NCBI GenBank assembly: GCA_009691245.1 | Contig: SHUM01000003.1 | Location: forward strand, 3,099-67,098 | Reading direction: 5' to 3' | DNA from: Acidobacteriota bacterium | GTDB taxonomy: Bacteria; Acidobacteriota; Terriglobia; 2-12-FULL-54-10 | DNA length: 64,000 nt | Shown here: one piece after another, positions 35,650 to 45,095 of the stretch | Layout of the letters: each line of letters starts with the position of its first letter | Position numbering within the stretch: position 1 is the stretch's first letter | The notes under the pieces: generated by a model | What the model was told of the DNA's origin: nothing | The model's database searches: none | Seen by the model: the letters and a program-made list of their open reading frames with translations, nothing else | Position numbers and translations under genes: made by a program

Positions 35650-36480
35650 ATGGCTTTGCGGGCGGTGGAACATCTTCGACGCATGCGTGGTGGGGCGCAA
35701 TCGCATCTGATGCGTTGCAGCGATGAGCAATATTACGTGGTCAAGTTCCGCAACAATCCGCAAGGCCCGCGCATCCTGGCCAATGAGATGCTGGCCAGCC
35801 ATCTGGCCATGTCGCTGGGCTTGCCCGTCTCGGAGCCGGACATTGTGTTGGTCAGCGAATGGCTGATTGCGCACACGCCGGACCTGTACATTCAAAACGG
35901 CAGCATCCAGGAACGCTGCCAGAGTGGATTTGCCTTTGCCTCCCGGTTTCCCTGCGATCCCTTGCGCTCTCCAGCCTTCGACTACCTTCCCGCTGAGCAG
36001 ATGCCGCTGGTGGCCAACCTGGATGCGTTTGCCGGCATGCTGGTGTTCGATCAATGGACCTGCAACTGCGACACGCGCCAAGTAGTCTTCCACCAGACAA
36101 ACTCGCAGGCCAATGAAGCCGCACCAGCGTTTCACGCGACGATGATCGATCAGGGCTACTGCTTCAACGGTAATCAATGGAACTTCCCCGACTCGCCGCG
36201 CCGCGGCCTGTTTCCCAACGTGGCTGCCTACGCTGGAATCAGTGGATCGTCGGCGATTGAACCATGGCTGAGCCGCTTGCGGAATTTTCCCGATGACTTT
36301 TTGGACGAGGCGGCCGCCACCGTTCCGGTGGAGTGGTACGAGGGCCAGACCGATGAGTTGAGCCGTCTGATGACCACCTTGGCCGAACGCCGCGGGCAAA
36401 TTCGGAATTTGATGGAGGAATGCATGCGCGCGGCGCAAGGCTCATTTCCGAACTGGCCGTCGCATCCTGCGAAGGCCTGA
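35650..36480 (+). CDS. HipA-like (HipA_2 type) kinase
   Basis: MRGGAQSHL, YYVVKF, ILANE, FDQWTCNCD and IDQGYCF kinase-like motifs. Confidence 0.85.
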   Translation: MALRAVEHLRRMRGGAQSHLMRCSDEQYYVVKFRNNPQGPRILANEMLASHLAMSLGLPVSEPDIVLVSEWLIAHTPDLYIQNGSIQERCQSGFAFASRFPCDPLRSPAFDYLPAEQMPLVANLDAFAGMLVFDQWTCNCDTRQVVFHQTNSQANEAAPAFHATMIDQGYCFNGNQWNFPDSPRRGLFPNVAAYAGISGSSAIEPWLSRLRNFPDDFLDEAAATVPVEWYEGQTDELSRLMTTLAERRGQIRNLMEECMRAAQGSFPNWPSHPAKA

Positions 36481-36637
36481 CTCCAGCGCAGGGGTTCTCC
36501 TGAGCCAAGGGAGATGACGAGATGCAGGCGGACCGTTCGGGACATCCCCTGCCGTCCATGCCGTATGGTCCGCTGCGCTACAATGGAAAGCGCAGCCGGA
36601 GCGGTGCGATCCTGTTTATTCCGACGGCTGACTTACC

Positions 36638-37534
36638 ATGAACCTTGATGCTGTCCGCCGAATGATCGAATCTCTGCCTCCGCTGACTCCGTTGGCGGTG
36701 GGCGAACTTTTTATTCTCGCCGCGCTCATCTACGGGGCGTTACAGTTCATCCGGCAGGCGGTGGCGGCGCAGTTCCTGGTTTGGATGGCCCTGCTCGGCG
36801 TCGCCTACTTCGGCGGGAGATGGGCCGGGCTCACGGTGGCCCCCGAGCTGATCGGAACGCTGTTCCCTTATCTCAGCTTTGCGCTGATCGTGTTGTTCCA
36901 AGCGGAGATTCGCCGCGGCCTGTCGCGCTTGAGCCGCAATCCATTCGGCTCTCGCCGCATGTCGCCGTTTGAGGCGAGGCATCTGTTTGAGGACATCCTA
37001 ATGGCAGTCAATCGCCTGGCCGCGCAGAAGATCGGTGCGTTGATTGTGGTCGAGCGCGAAACCTCGCTGCGCAACTACGCCGAAAGCGGTGTCCCGTTGC
37101 AGGCCCGGCTGACGCAGGATCTGCTGGCGACCATCTTTCAGCCGCGCGCGCCACTGCATGACGGCGCGGTGATCATTCGCCGGGACCGCGTGCTGGCCGC
37201 CGCCTGTTTTCTGCCGCTGACGGTGAACCCGGCGCTGGGTTCTCGACTGGATCTGCAATTGGGCACGCGCCATCGCGCGGCGATTGGCATCACCGAGGAG
37301 ACCGACGCGATGGCCATCGTCATCTCCGAGCAGACCGGCTTCATCTCGCTGGCCATGCGCGGCGCCATCGAAATGGACATCACGCTCGAGGTGCTTGGCC
37401 AGCGGCTGATGGAGGCCTTCGGCCAGCCTGCCAACCCCGCCATCTCTGCCGCGCTATCTTCGGCGGCGCGGACAGCGACTGCGACGCTGGTGCCGGAGCC
37501 GAGCGCACGAGAAAACGCCCGGCATTCTGAGTAA
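36638..37534 (+). CDS. cdaA: Diadenylate cyclase CdaA/DacA
   Basis: Three TM helices, IVLFQAEIRRGL, DGA motif (PLHDGAVI) and RHR motif (GTRHRAAIG). Confidence 0.93.
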   Translation: MNLDAVRRMIESLPPLTPLAVGELFILAALIYGALQFIRQAVAAQFLVWMALLGVAYFGGRWAGLTVAPELIGTLFPYLSFALIVLFQAEIRRGLSRLSRNPFGSRRMSPFEARHLFEDILMAVNRLAAQKIGALIVVERETSLRNYAESGVPLQARLTQDLLATIFQPRAPLHDGAVIIRRDRVLAAACFLPLTVNPALGSRLDLQLGTRHRAAIGITEETDAMAIVISEQTGFISLAMRGAIEMDITLEVLGQRLMEAFGQPANPAISAALSSAARTATATLVPEPSARENARHSE

Positions 37535-37575
37535 TTGGCAGAGTAAAGAGCTGCGTGGATAGCCGCGCGGGAGTG

Positions 37576-37983
37576 ATGATGGACTGGCTCAAGACAATTC
37601 TGACGAAGAACCTGCCCTTGAAGGCGTTGGCACTGTCGCTGGCCTTCGCTGTCTGGGCCATGCTGGCAAGCAACACCACGACAGAGATTTTGATGAATGT
37701 GCCAATCGAGTTTCGCAATGTGCCGGCCGGAATGATTTTGTCCGCCGATCCGACGGAGGTTCAGTTGCTATTGCGCGGGCCGCGCCCGATCCTGCGCCGC
37801 ACTCGTCCCGAAGAAATTCACCTGCAACTGGATTTGGCCTTAAGCTCCTCGGGAAATCAGCAGGTCATGGCGCTATCTCCCCAGTCGGTGGAGGTCCCTG
37901 CGGCGATCGAAGTGCTGCAAGTCCGTCCCGCCGAGACCAGAATTTCCTTGACCGCTGCGGAGGCGGCTGTGCCGTCCAGGTGA
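37576..37983 (+). CDS. cdaR: CdaR/YbbR-like protein with a single domain
   Basis: KNLPLKALALSLAFAVW TM helix followed by VPIEFRNVP...V.L.GP. Lies between cdaA and glmM. Confidence 0.8.
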   Translation: MMDWLKTILTKNLPLKALALSLAFAVWAMLASNTTTEILMNVPIEFRNVPAGMILSADPTEVQLLLRGPRPILRRTRPEEIHLQLDLALSSSGNQQVMALSPQSVEVPAAIEVLQVRPAETRISLTAAEAAVPSR

Positions 37984-38118
37984 ATTCACGCAGGTGTGGG
38001 GTTCCGGAATCTAGCCAGGTTTCGGTGAGTAGAGAGTAAAGCAACAAGAGTGAAGTAACAGCCGCGCCCCGAATTCCGCCGTCAGCAGAGCTGTGGAGAG
38101 GAAAAACAAGCAGACCCG

Positions 38119-39513
38119 ATGGAGAAAACGCTATTTGGAACGGATGGAATTCGCGGCGTTGCGGGCGACTTGCCGCTGGACCCGACCACGATTGCTTGCG
38201 TAGGGCGCTGCCTAGGGCGGCACTTAAAGAAGAAGCAGGGGCAGGACTGCCGCGTGCTAATCGGACAAGACACGCGGGAGTCCGGCTCGTGGATCGTCGC
38301 CACCCTGTCCGCCGCGCTCGGTGAGGTGGGCGTAGCGGTCGCCTCGCCGGGCATTGTGCCCACTCCGGGCCTCGCGTATCTGGCGGTGGCTGGGAAGTAT
38401 TCCGCGGCGGTCATGGTCTCGGCTTCACACAATCCATTTCAGGACAACGGTATTAAGATTTTCGGCAGCGATGGGTATAAGCTGCCCGACGCAGTTGAGC
38501 TGGCGCTCGAGGCGGAGATTCACGGTGAACTCAAGGGTATCCGGCGCGTTCCCGTAGAGCCAACTTTGGCGATACTGCCAACGGATCGTACTCTGCTTCA
38601 GCCCTACCTCAATCATCTTCTGGAGATTGCCCGTAGCGTGAAACCGCTGCCGGGTCGTCGCGCCGTCATCGACTGTGCCAACGGTGCTGCCACGGCGCTG
38701 GCCCGCGAAGTGTTCTCCGCGATCCCCTATGAGTGGGTTTATATCGGCGACCGTCCCGATGGGCGCAACATTAACCTCGGCTGCGGCTCGATGCACCTTG
38801 AGCTGCTGCGCAGTTGCGTTAAACAAGCGCATGCGGATTTTGGCGTGGCCTTCGACGGCGATGCGGATCGCGCCCTGTTCGTGGACGGCGGTGGCCACGT
38901 GGTGAACGGCGACGGCGTTCTGATCGCTGCCGCCCGTTACATGCAGCGCACCGGCACGCTGCGCGGCAGCGCCGTCATCGGCACGGTGATGACCAACCTG
39001 GGCCTGGAGCGCGCTCTGGAGAAAGAGGGCCTGGCGCTGCGGCGCACGGCGGTCGGCGATAAATATGTTCTCGAGGAGATGACCCGCTGCGGCGCCAACC
39101 TGGGCGGCGAGCAATCCGGCCACATCATCTTCAGCGACAACGCCACGACCGGCGATGGCCTGCTCACAGCGCTCGAGATGGTTACCATCATGGCGGCGGA
39201 GAATCGGCCTCTGGCCGACCTGGTAAAAGACCTGCACGTCTATCCGCAAAAGATCCGCAACATGGCCGTGCGTGAGCGCATACCGCTCGAGATGCTGGTG
39301 GGCTTCCAGAAGCAGCTTCGCGCCAGCGAGGAGCATCTCGGCGCGGGGGGCCGCATCGTGGTGCGCTACTCCGGCACCGAGCTGCTGCTGCGCATCATGG
39401 TGGAGGCCGAGACCGTCGAATTGGTGGACGAGCACATTGCCGCGTTGGAACAGGCCTTGGCGGGTTCTCTCAAAGCGGCGCCCAATGCAGGCAAACACCG
39501 CGCCCATGCTTGA
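38119..39513 (+). CDS. glmM: Phosphoglucosamine mutase
   Basis: LFGTDGIRG, SASHNP, FDGDADR, GGEQSGH and RYSGTE. Confidence 0.95.
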   Translation: MEKTLFGTDGIRGVAGDLPLDPTTIACVGRCLGRHLKKKQGQDCRVLIGQDTRESGSWIVATLSAALGEVGVAVASPGIVPTPGLAYLAVAGKYSAAVMVSASHNPFQDNGIKIFGSDGYKLPDAVELALEAEIHGELKGIRRVPVEPTLAILPTDRTLLQPYLNHLLEIARSVKPLPGRRAVIDCANGAATALAREVFSAIPYEWVYIGDRPDGRNINLGCGSMHLELLRSCVKQAHADFGVAFDGDADRALFVDGGGHVVNGDGVLIAAARYMQRTGTLRGSAVIGTVMTNLGLERALEKEGLALRRTAVGDKYVLEEMTRCGANLGGEQSGHIIFSDNATTGDGLLTALEMVTIMAAENRPLADLVKDLHVYPQKIRNMAVRERIPLEMLVGFQKQLRASEEHLGAGGRIVVRYSGTELLLRIMVEAETVELVDEHIAALEQALAGSLKAAPNAGKHRAHA

Positions 39514-39621
39514 TTGCCGGTGACATGTGCCATTTTCCTCCGCTTGGCCCTCCGCTTGGCTTGTACGTCGACATGGCCTTCCCCTACAATGTGGAATTCA
39601 TTGAAGAGCATCGCGGGGGAC

Positions 39622-39900
39622 ATGGAAGCTCGACAGTTTCGCATTACGGGAAGAGTGCAGGGCGTGGGGTTCCGTTTCTTCGTGGAGCGCGTCGCTCGTG
39701 AGATTGGCGTGCATGGCTGGGTGCGCAACTGTCAGGACGGCGCGGTGGAAGTCCTCGCGGAATGCTCCCTTGAAAAAATGGAGCAACTGCGCGCCGCTCT
39801 CTTCCAAGGCCCGCCAGGCAGCCGCGTAGAGCAGGTGAGTGAGCAGGCTACTGCGCGGTCGATCTCCCGTCGCGGCTTCAGCATTGAGGCGACACGTTGA
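39622..39900 (+). CDS. acyP: Acylphosphatase
   Basis: GRVQGVGFR, GWVRN..DGAVEV and GPPGSRV. Confidence 0.93.
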   Translation: MEARQFRITGRVQGVGFRFFVERVAREIGVHGWVRNCQDGAVEVLAECSLEKMEQLRAALFQGPPGSRVEQVSEQATARSISRRGFSIEATR

Positions 39901-39983
39901 GATCGCTCAGCCGCGAATCGAACAGGGCGCCATTATGGCGGTAAATTTATTGAACGGATCGAAAGGATGACGACTCAAACTAT

Positions 39984-40505
39984 ATGGACAATCTGAAGAA
40001 ACTCATTCGGCAGGTTCCCGACTGGCCCAAGCCCGGGATTCTTTTTTACGACATCACCACGCTGTTAAAGGATCGCGACGGCTTCCACTCTTTGATCGAT
40101 GCCATGGCCGCGCAGTACGCCGGAGCCAGGCTCGATCTGGTGCTGGGCATTGAAGCGCGCGGATTTATTTTTGGCCCTGCGCTCGCATACCGGCTCGGCG
40201 CGGGATTCGTTCCCGTGAGGAAACCCAAGAAGCTGCCGGCCGAGACGGTGCGCATCACCTACGATCTGGAGTACGGCACCGACTCGCTGGAAATGCACCG
40301 CGATGCGATTCAACCAGGCCAGCGTGTGTTGATCGTCGATGATCTGCTGGCCACCGGCGGCACCGCGAACGCGTGTGTGCGTTTGGCTGGCGATCTTGGG
40401 GCGGAGATCGTTGGCCTCGGAGTGGTGATCGAGCTTACCTTCCTGAATGGCCGCAAGAAATTGGATGGCGTGGATGTTTTCTCGCTGCTGCAATACGCTG
40501 ATTAG
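39984..40505 (+). CDS. apt: Adenine phosphoribosyltransferase
   Basis: [34 protein letters not shown] and [10 protein letters not shown]. Confidence 0.97.
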   Translation: MDNLKKLIRQVPDWPKPGILFYDITTLLKDRDGFHSLIDAMAAQYAGARLDLVLGIEARGFIFGPALAYRLGAGFVPVRKPKKLPAETVRITYDLEYGTDSLEMHRDAIQPGQRVLIVDDLLATGGTANACVRLAGDLGAEIVGLGVVIELTFLNGRKKLDGVDVFSLLQYAD

Positions 40506-40635
40506 GATTCGTTGAGACGCTTGCGACTGAAAAATCTGTCGTGCTGGATGCAAATTCCAGTGCCGAAGCGGTGAGAGGCGCAGAGTTATTCAGAAGCGTG
40601 AAGCGACTAAGTGACCGGAATATCACTTTTTCTCT

Positions 40636-40664
40636 TGACAATTATTTTGTCAGTCCTTATACAT
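40636..40664 (+). promoter_or_regulatory. Near-consensus sigma70 promoter
   Basis: TTGACA-17 nt-TATACA upstream of the small Lys-rich ORF. Confidence 0.65.
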
Positions 40665-40730
40665 AAGACATCAAGCAACGATTTCACTATGTTGCGAGGA
40701 GATAGAAAACGAAAAAGGAGAATTACGACA

Positions 40731-40787
40731 ATGCCGACCAAGAAAGCACCAGCAAAAAAGAAGCCAGCCGCCAAGAAAAAGAAATAA
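40731..40787 (+). CDS. 18-aa Lys-rich peptide MPTKKAPAKKKPAAKKKK
   Basis: Below the ORF-track cutoff. AAAGGAG SD 10 nt upstream, with its own promoter and terminator. An in-frame alternative ATG exists at 40689. Confidence 0.65.
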   Translation: MPTKKAPAKKKPAAKKKK

Positions 40788-40810
40788 CTCGGCTGTAGCT
40801 GCAAGTTTGG

Positions 40811-40839
40811 GGGGGGCGATGCAAATCGCCCCCTTTTTT
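40811..40839 (+). terminator. Rho-independent terminator
   Basis: GGGGGCGAT-GCAA-ATCGCCCCC followed by TTTTTT. Confidence 0.9.
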
Positions 40840-40879
40840 ATTTCTCCTCAACTTCCCCAATCCATCGCAAAAACAATAC

Positions 40880-40965
40880 TGCCGAAGAGGCACGGAGACA
40901 CTGAGAAATCAGGGGTTCCAGCGCATCCCTTAGCCTCGCTGTGCCACCGTGCCTCTGTGGCGGCA
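40880..40965. repeat. Degenerate palindromic repeat
   Basis: AGAGGCACGGAGACAC ... GTGCCACCGTGCCTCT imperfect inverted arms. Confidence 0.5.
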
Positions 40966-40973
40966 TGGTGGGA

Positions 40974-41363
40974 TTAATCCGTGAGGCCGAGCGGCTCAAG
41001 TAACGCTGCGATGTTGGATTCGTTCACTGCGCCGCCTCGCAACTGGCTTGGTTCGGGGCATTCATCCAGAGTGTGAAACAACCCCATTTTGGCGGCGGCG
41101 TAGCGCTCCATCTCAGCCAGCTCGCGCCCGTTGATCTTCTTCCATGCGCGCAACGCCTTGTCCTCCACCACCACTTCCACCACGGAGAAATTTTTGCGGT
41201 TGGTGGTTACGTGGTAGAGGTAGGCGTAATCGGGTCCGCCAAAAAGTTTACGGCGCTGCCGCGATTCCAGGAAGTAGTATTCATAGACATAGCCCGACTG
41301 CGCCGAGTAGATCTTCAGTCGCTTGGGCTTGGCTTCTGGCTTGGGGTCTGGTGTGGTATCCAT
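40974..41363 (-). CDS. Conserved-looking hypothetical protein
   Basis: 129-aa ORF (RLKIYSAQSGYVYEYYF...GRELAEMERYAAAKM) co-oriented with the GT2 gene. Confidence 0.7.
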   Translation of the reverse strand: MDTTPDPKPEAKPKRLKIYSAQSGYVYEYYFLESRQRRKLFGGPDYAYLYHVTTNRKNFSVVEVVVEDKALRAWKKINGRELAEMERYAAAKMGLFHTLDECPEPSQLRGGAVNESNIAALLEPLGLTD

Positions 41364-41389
41364 GGAGGTCTGGGGGGTCGAGGCAGTCT

Positions 41390-42373
41390 TTAGGCGATGC
41401 CCGCTTTGCGTGAGCGGCCAATCACTCGGGCGACCGAGTATATGCGGCGTTGTTGCCCTTCGAAGTAAATGCGCGTCAGCAGCTCCCCGATCAAGCCAGT
41501 TGAGATGAGTTGAATGCCAGCGATCACGGCCATTGCCCCCACGATCAGCAGCGGCCCGTGTTCGATGAAGATGGCATGACCCATCAGCTTACGCGCCAGC
41601 AGAAAGCTGAACACACCGCCACCCACCGTGAAGCAGGCCAGCCCGATCATGCCGAAGAAGTGCAGCGGGCGCGTAATATACCGCAGCAGAAAGCGCACTG
41701 TCAGCAGATCAAACAGGACACGAAAGGTCCGATCCAGCCCGTAATGGGACTTCCCCGCGGGCCGCTCGATATTGTGAATGGGAATCTCCGTCATCCGCGC
41801 GCCCTGCAAACTGGCCAGTGCTGGAATGAATCGATGCAGCTCGCCGTAGAGATTAACGGCGCGAATCGTGTCCCTGCGGTAGGCCTTGAACGTCGTCCCG
41901 AAATCATGCAGCTCCACTCCAGAGAGTTTGCGCATGGCCCAGTTGGCCATCCTGGAGGGCAGCCGTCGCGTGACGTAATCGTCCACGCGCTCCTTGCGCC
42001 ATCCGCTGACAATGTCGTAGCCCTCATGAATCTTGGTAATGAACGCGGGTAGGTCAGTGGGATCGTGTTGATAGTCGCCGTCCATGGAGATGATGATGTC
42101 GCCGCGCGCGTAGTCGAATCCGGCGGCCAGCGCCGGCGTCTGGCCGAAGTTACGGCGCAACTGCACGATCACCACGCGCGAATCAAGCGAGGCGATCTGT
42201 TCCAGCAGCGCGGGTGAGCCGTCGGAGCTCGCGTCATCGACGAAGACGATCTCAAATTCCCAACCGTGGGCTTCCATGGTCTCTACAATCTTGGAGAACA
42301 GCGGGATGAGGCTGTCCTCTTCGTTGTGGATGGGAATCACGACGGAGTAGAGCGGAGACTTCTCTTTTTTCAT
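41390..42373 (-). CDS. Glycosyltransferase family 2 (ArnC/DPM1-like)
   Basis: SVVIPIHNEE, VDDASSDGS, RRNFGQT, MDGDYQHDP, GELHRFIP and two C-terminal TM helices. Confidence 0.92.
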   Translation of the reverse strand: MKKEKSPLYSVVIPIHNEEDSLIPLFSKIVETMEAHGWEFEIVFVDDASSDGSPALLEQIASLDSRVVIVQLRRNFGQTPALAAGFDYARGDIIISMDGDYQHDPTDLPAFITKIHEGYDIVSGWRKERVDDYVTRRLPSRMANWAMRKLSGVELHDFGTTFKAYRRDTIRAVNLYGELHRFIPALASLQGARMTEIPIHNIERPAGKSHYGLDRTFRVLFDLLTVRFLLRYITRPLHFFGMIGLACFTVGGGVFSFLLARKLMGHAIFIEHGPLLIVGAMAVIAGIQLISTGLIGELLTRIYFEGQQRRIYSVARVIGRSRKAGIA

Positions 42374-42396
42374 GCCTGAATCTGATCCCTCCCCTC

Positions 42397-43365
42397 TCAC
42401 TTTGCCCGTCCGAGCTTGGCGTGTCCAACTGAGTTGGCCGAGTTTGAGGACATCCCCAGAACCGAGCTGCCGGCGGCCTGATGTGCCAGCACGGGCAGCT
42501 CACGATAGCTGACCAGTTGGATGCCATATTCGCGGAGTGTGTCATGCACGGCGGGATCGCAGAGCGCCTCCAACTCGCGCTGTCGCTCCGCCTGCAGGAT
42601 TGTAGGGGAACCGGCCAGCGCGGCGTCAGCGTATCCAGGGTGGCATATCAGTTCCGTAGTGCCCTCCGGAAGCCGCACTAGCGTGGCATGCAGAGAATGG
42701 ATCGTCAACGCTCCAGTCAGGACAAACCCGCTGAAGTGATCCGGGCAGCGCAGACCGTTGGTGGCTCTCATGTCGGACACTGCGCGGTCAAATGAACCGG
42801 CCAGCATACGGAGAACCGCCGCCAGGATACGCCGCGTGCCGTTTCCAAATTGCGCGGGCGGTGAAACATTTTCAAACGGGCGGCGCAGCCATCCAATGCC
42901 ATAGCGCAGGGCCGTTCGCGCGACGGCCGCCGCCACCGTCGGGTGCAGTTGCGTGTGTTGATGCGTGTCCAGGTGGCTGGGCTGAATCCCCGCGGCCAGC
43001 AGCCGCTCCACCTGCGCCGCGCACTCACGCTCAATCTCCGTGCCGCTTACCGCTCGCGTGATTAGACGCCAGCCCAATCGTTTCGAGCCCAGCAATCGTC
43101 CGCCCGCATCCACCAGACTGGGTAGCGACGCTGCGGGTGAGACCGGCTGGCCATCCACAAGATTCAGATGACAACCAACATCCAGCCACGGCGATTGGCG
43201 AGCTAGTTCCACGGCGTCATCAAACGCCGGAGCGTTCGCCATTAAGGAAGTGGCGGTAACAATTCCGCGCCCGCCCTGCCCATTTTGATGACAAGCTTCG
43301 ACAATGGCCCGGTTGACTCCCCGGGTGTAGCCAAAATCATCCGCGTTGACGATTAACTGCTTCAT
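42397..43365 (-). CDS. ChbG/HpnK (YdjC) family deacetylase
   Basis: LIVNADDFG, VGCHLNL, SHLDTHQH and ELICHPG. Confidence 0.9.
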   Translation of the reverse strand: MKQLIVNADDFGYTRGVNRAIVEACHQNGQGGRGIVTATSLMANAPAFDDAVELARQSPWLDVGCHLNLVDGQPVSPAASLPSLVDAGGRLLGSKRLGWRLITRAVSGTEIERECAAQVERLLAAGIQPSHLDTHQHTQLHPTVAAAVARTALRYGIGWLRRPFENVSPPAQFGNGTRRILAAVLRMLAGSFDRAVSDMRATNGLRCPDHFSGFVLTGALTIHSLHATLVRLPEGTTELICHPGYADAALAGSPTILQAERQRELEALCDPAVHDTLREYGIQLVSYRELPVLAHQAAGSSVLGMSSNSANSVGHAKLGRAK

Positions 43366-43719
43366 CTCTGGAAAATTCACCAATTCCCGCAGGTCCGGGG
43401 CGCCGCCGCCCTATCATTATATATCCAGTTTGGTGAGGTTCCAGAGCAACCGCAGCCAACCAATGCGGCAAGGATGCATCCATGTAATTGACAGGAAAGG
43501 CCCTTGCTGACGAGTGATGAGGAGAGAATCCATATTGACTGGCATTTTCCGGCGAACGGATAAGGTCGCCACGGAACTGGCCAATGGTTCCGTTGTTCGA
43601 GTACACTTGATCTCTAGTGATTTCAAGGTGATAGGGCGATCTGCGTGGCGCACATCGGAAGTCCAGGCGGGCTGTAACACCCAGTGTAAAGGCTCGGTTG
43701 GAGGAATTGGACTAACTAT

Positions 43720-45018
43720 ATGACCAATAAAAATGATGAGAAAATCGGCTATTGCCAATTGGCGATTTCTGTCCGTCCACTCCTGCTCGCGGTGGCTTCC
43801 CGTCTGCTGGTCCTGCTCCCTCTGACTATCTGGCAAACTCCATTTGCCCGCGCTCAGGCCGTTCCCTCCGAGGACCCGGTTCCGCTGATCATCTTGATGG
43901 ACAAGCTGGATCATGGTCAGGTGGCTGACGCCGAGCGTTACCTGAAGGACAATCCGCCGGTCATCAAGAAGCGCCTGGAGGAGTTGATCGAGCAGCGCGA
44001 CACGCGCTTCGACGAACTCGGTCGTTTCGGGGCGACCAGCGGCCACGACATTCACAAGCGGGTGCTTGACCAGTTTGTCTCGGAGAATCTTCGTTACGCC
44101 AAACTGTTCGACCTGTATCGTAAAGTTACCGGCGATCAGAACATCTTCAAGCGCTTCGAGGCGCGCCGCCTGCGCTATGAAGGCGCATTCCTGACGCACG
44201 ATGGCGAGGACCTCTGCGGCGAGGAGTTCAACTGGGACGAGGCGCGCAAGCACTATCAGCAATCACTCGACAAGCTGGAGGCCGGCTTCGCCATCGCCAA
44301 GGAGATCAATGAACTGCGCGTGATGGCCTCGGCCAAGATCAACATCGGTTCCACGCTCATCCGCATGCTGGAGACCGACCGCGCCATCGCTGCCTACAAG
44401 GAGGGCATGGAGTATGCCGACAAGCTGCCCGGCGAGCTGTACCGTGGCATGGTGCGGCTGAACCTCGGCAACACCTACGTATGGACCGTCGAGCCCGAGA
44501 AGGCCTTTACCTACGCCAACGACGCGCTGACCAGCTTCAAGAAGATGGGCCGTGGCACTTGGCAATCGAACGCCATGATGGTGATCGGCAACGCGCAGAT
44601 GGAGCAGAAGAATTTCGCCAGTTCTTGGGAGACGCTCAGCGCCGCGCTCGCTGTCGCCAAGCAGTCCGGGGAAGATCGCGTGCGCGGCAAGGCGCTGATG
44701 AACCTGGGTGCCGTCGCGGCGCAGCTCAAGCGTCCTGATGCCGCCAGCTACATCCTGGAAGCGCAGGATTGGTACCGCACGCACGGCGAGGTCTTCACGC
44801 AGATCGAGCGCGAGACGGTGGCCGTGGATGGCCTGATGTCGCTCAGTCGCATCTACCAGCAGGCCGGCAACAAGGCTGAAGCGGACAAATACCGCATGGC
44901 CTATCACAAAGCGGTTGGCGAAGACCCCGACCATTACAATCTGGTGCGCAACAGCCCGTGCTACGCGCTCTACAAAGCCAATCCGGCCAACAAGAACAAC
45001 GAAGCAAAAAATAAGTAA
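43720..45018 (+). CDS. Secreted tetratricopeptide repeat protein
   Basis: Signal-like leader and ~40-aa TPR units (KINIGSTL, RLNLGNTY, MMVIGNAQ, LMNLGAVA). Exact start uncertain. Confidence 0.8.
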   Translation: MTNKNDEKIGYCQLAISVRPLLLAVASRLLVLLPLTIWQTPFARAQAVPSEDPVPLIILMDKLDHGQVADAERYLKDNPPVIKKRLEELIEQRDTRFDELGRFGATSGHDIHKRVLDQFVSENLRYAKLFDLYRKVTGDQNIFKRFEARRLRYEGAFLTHDGEDLCGEEFNWDEARKHYQQSLDKLEAGFAIAKEINELRVMASAKINIGSTLIRMLETDRAIAAYKEGMEYADKLPGELYRGMVRLNLGNTYVWTVEPEKAFTYANDALTSFKKMGRGTWQSNAMMVIGNAQMEQKNFASSWETLSAALAVAKQSGEDRVRGKALMNLGAVAAQLKRPDAASYILEAQDWYRTHGEVFTQIERETVAVDGLMSLSRIYQQAGNKAEADKYRMAYHKAVGEDPDHYNLVRNSPCYALYKANPANKNNEAKNK

Positions 45019-45095
45019 GCCGGTTTGCGGCTCACCGTTGCGGATACAATAGGCTTCAGTTGCACCGAGTCAGTTTGCGATTGAAGGTGAGCTTC

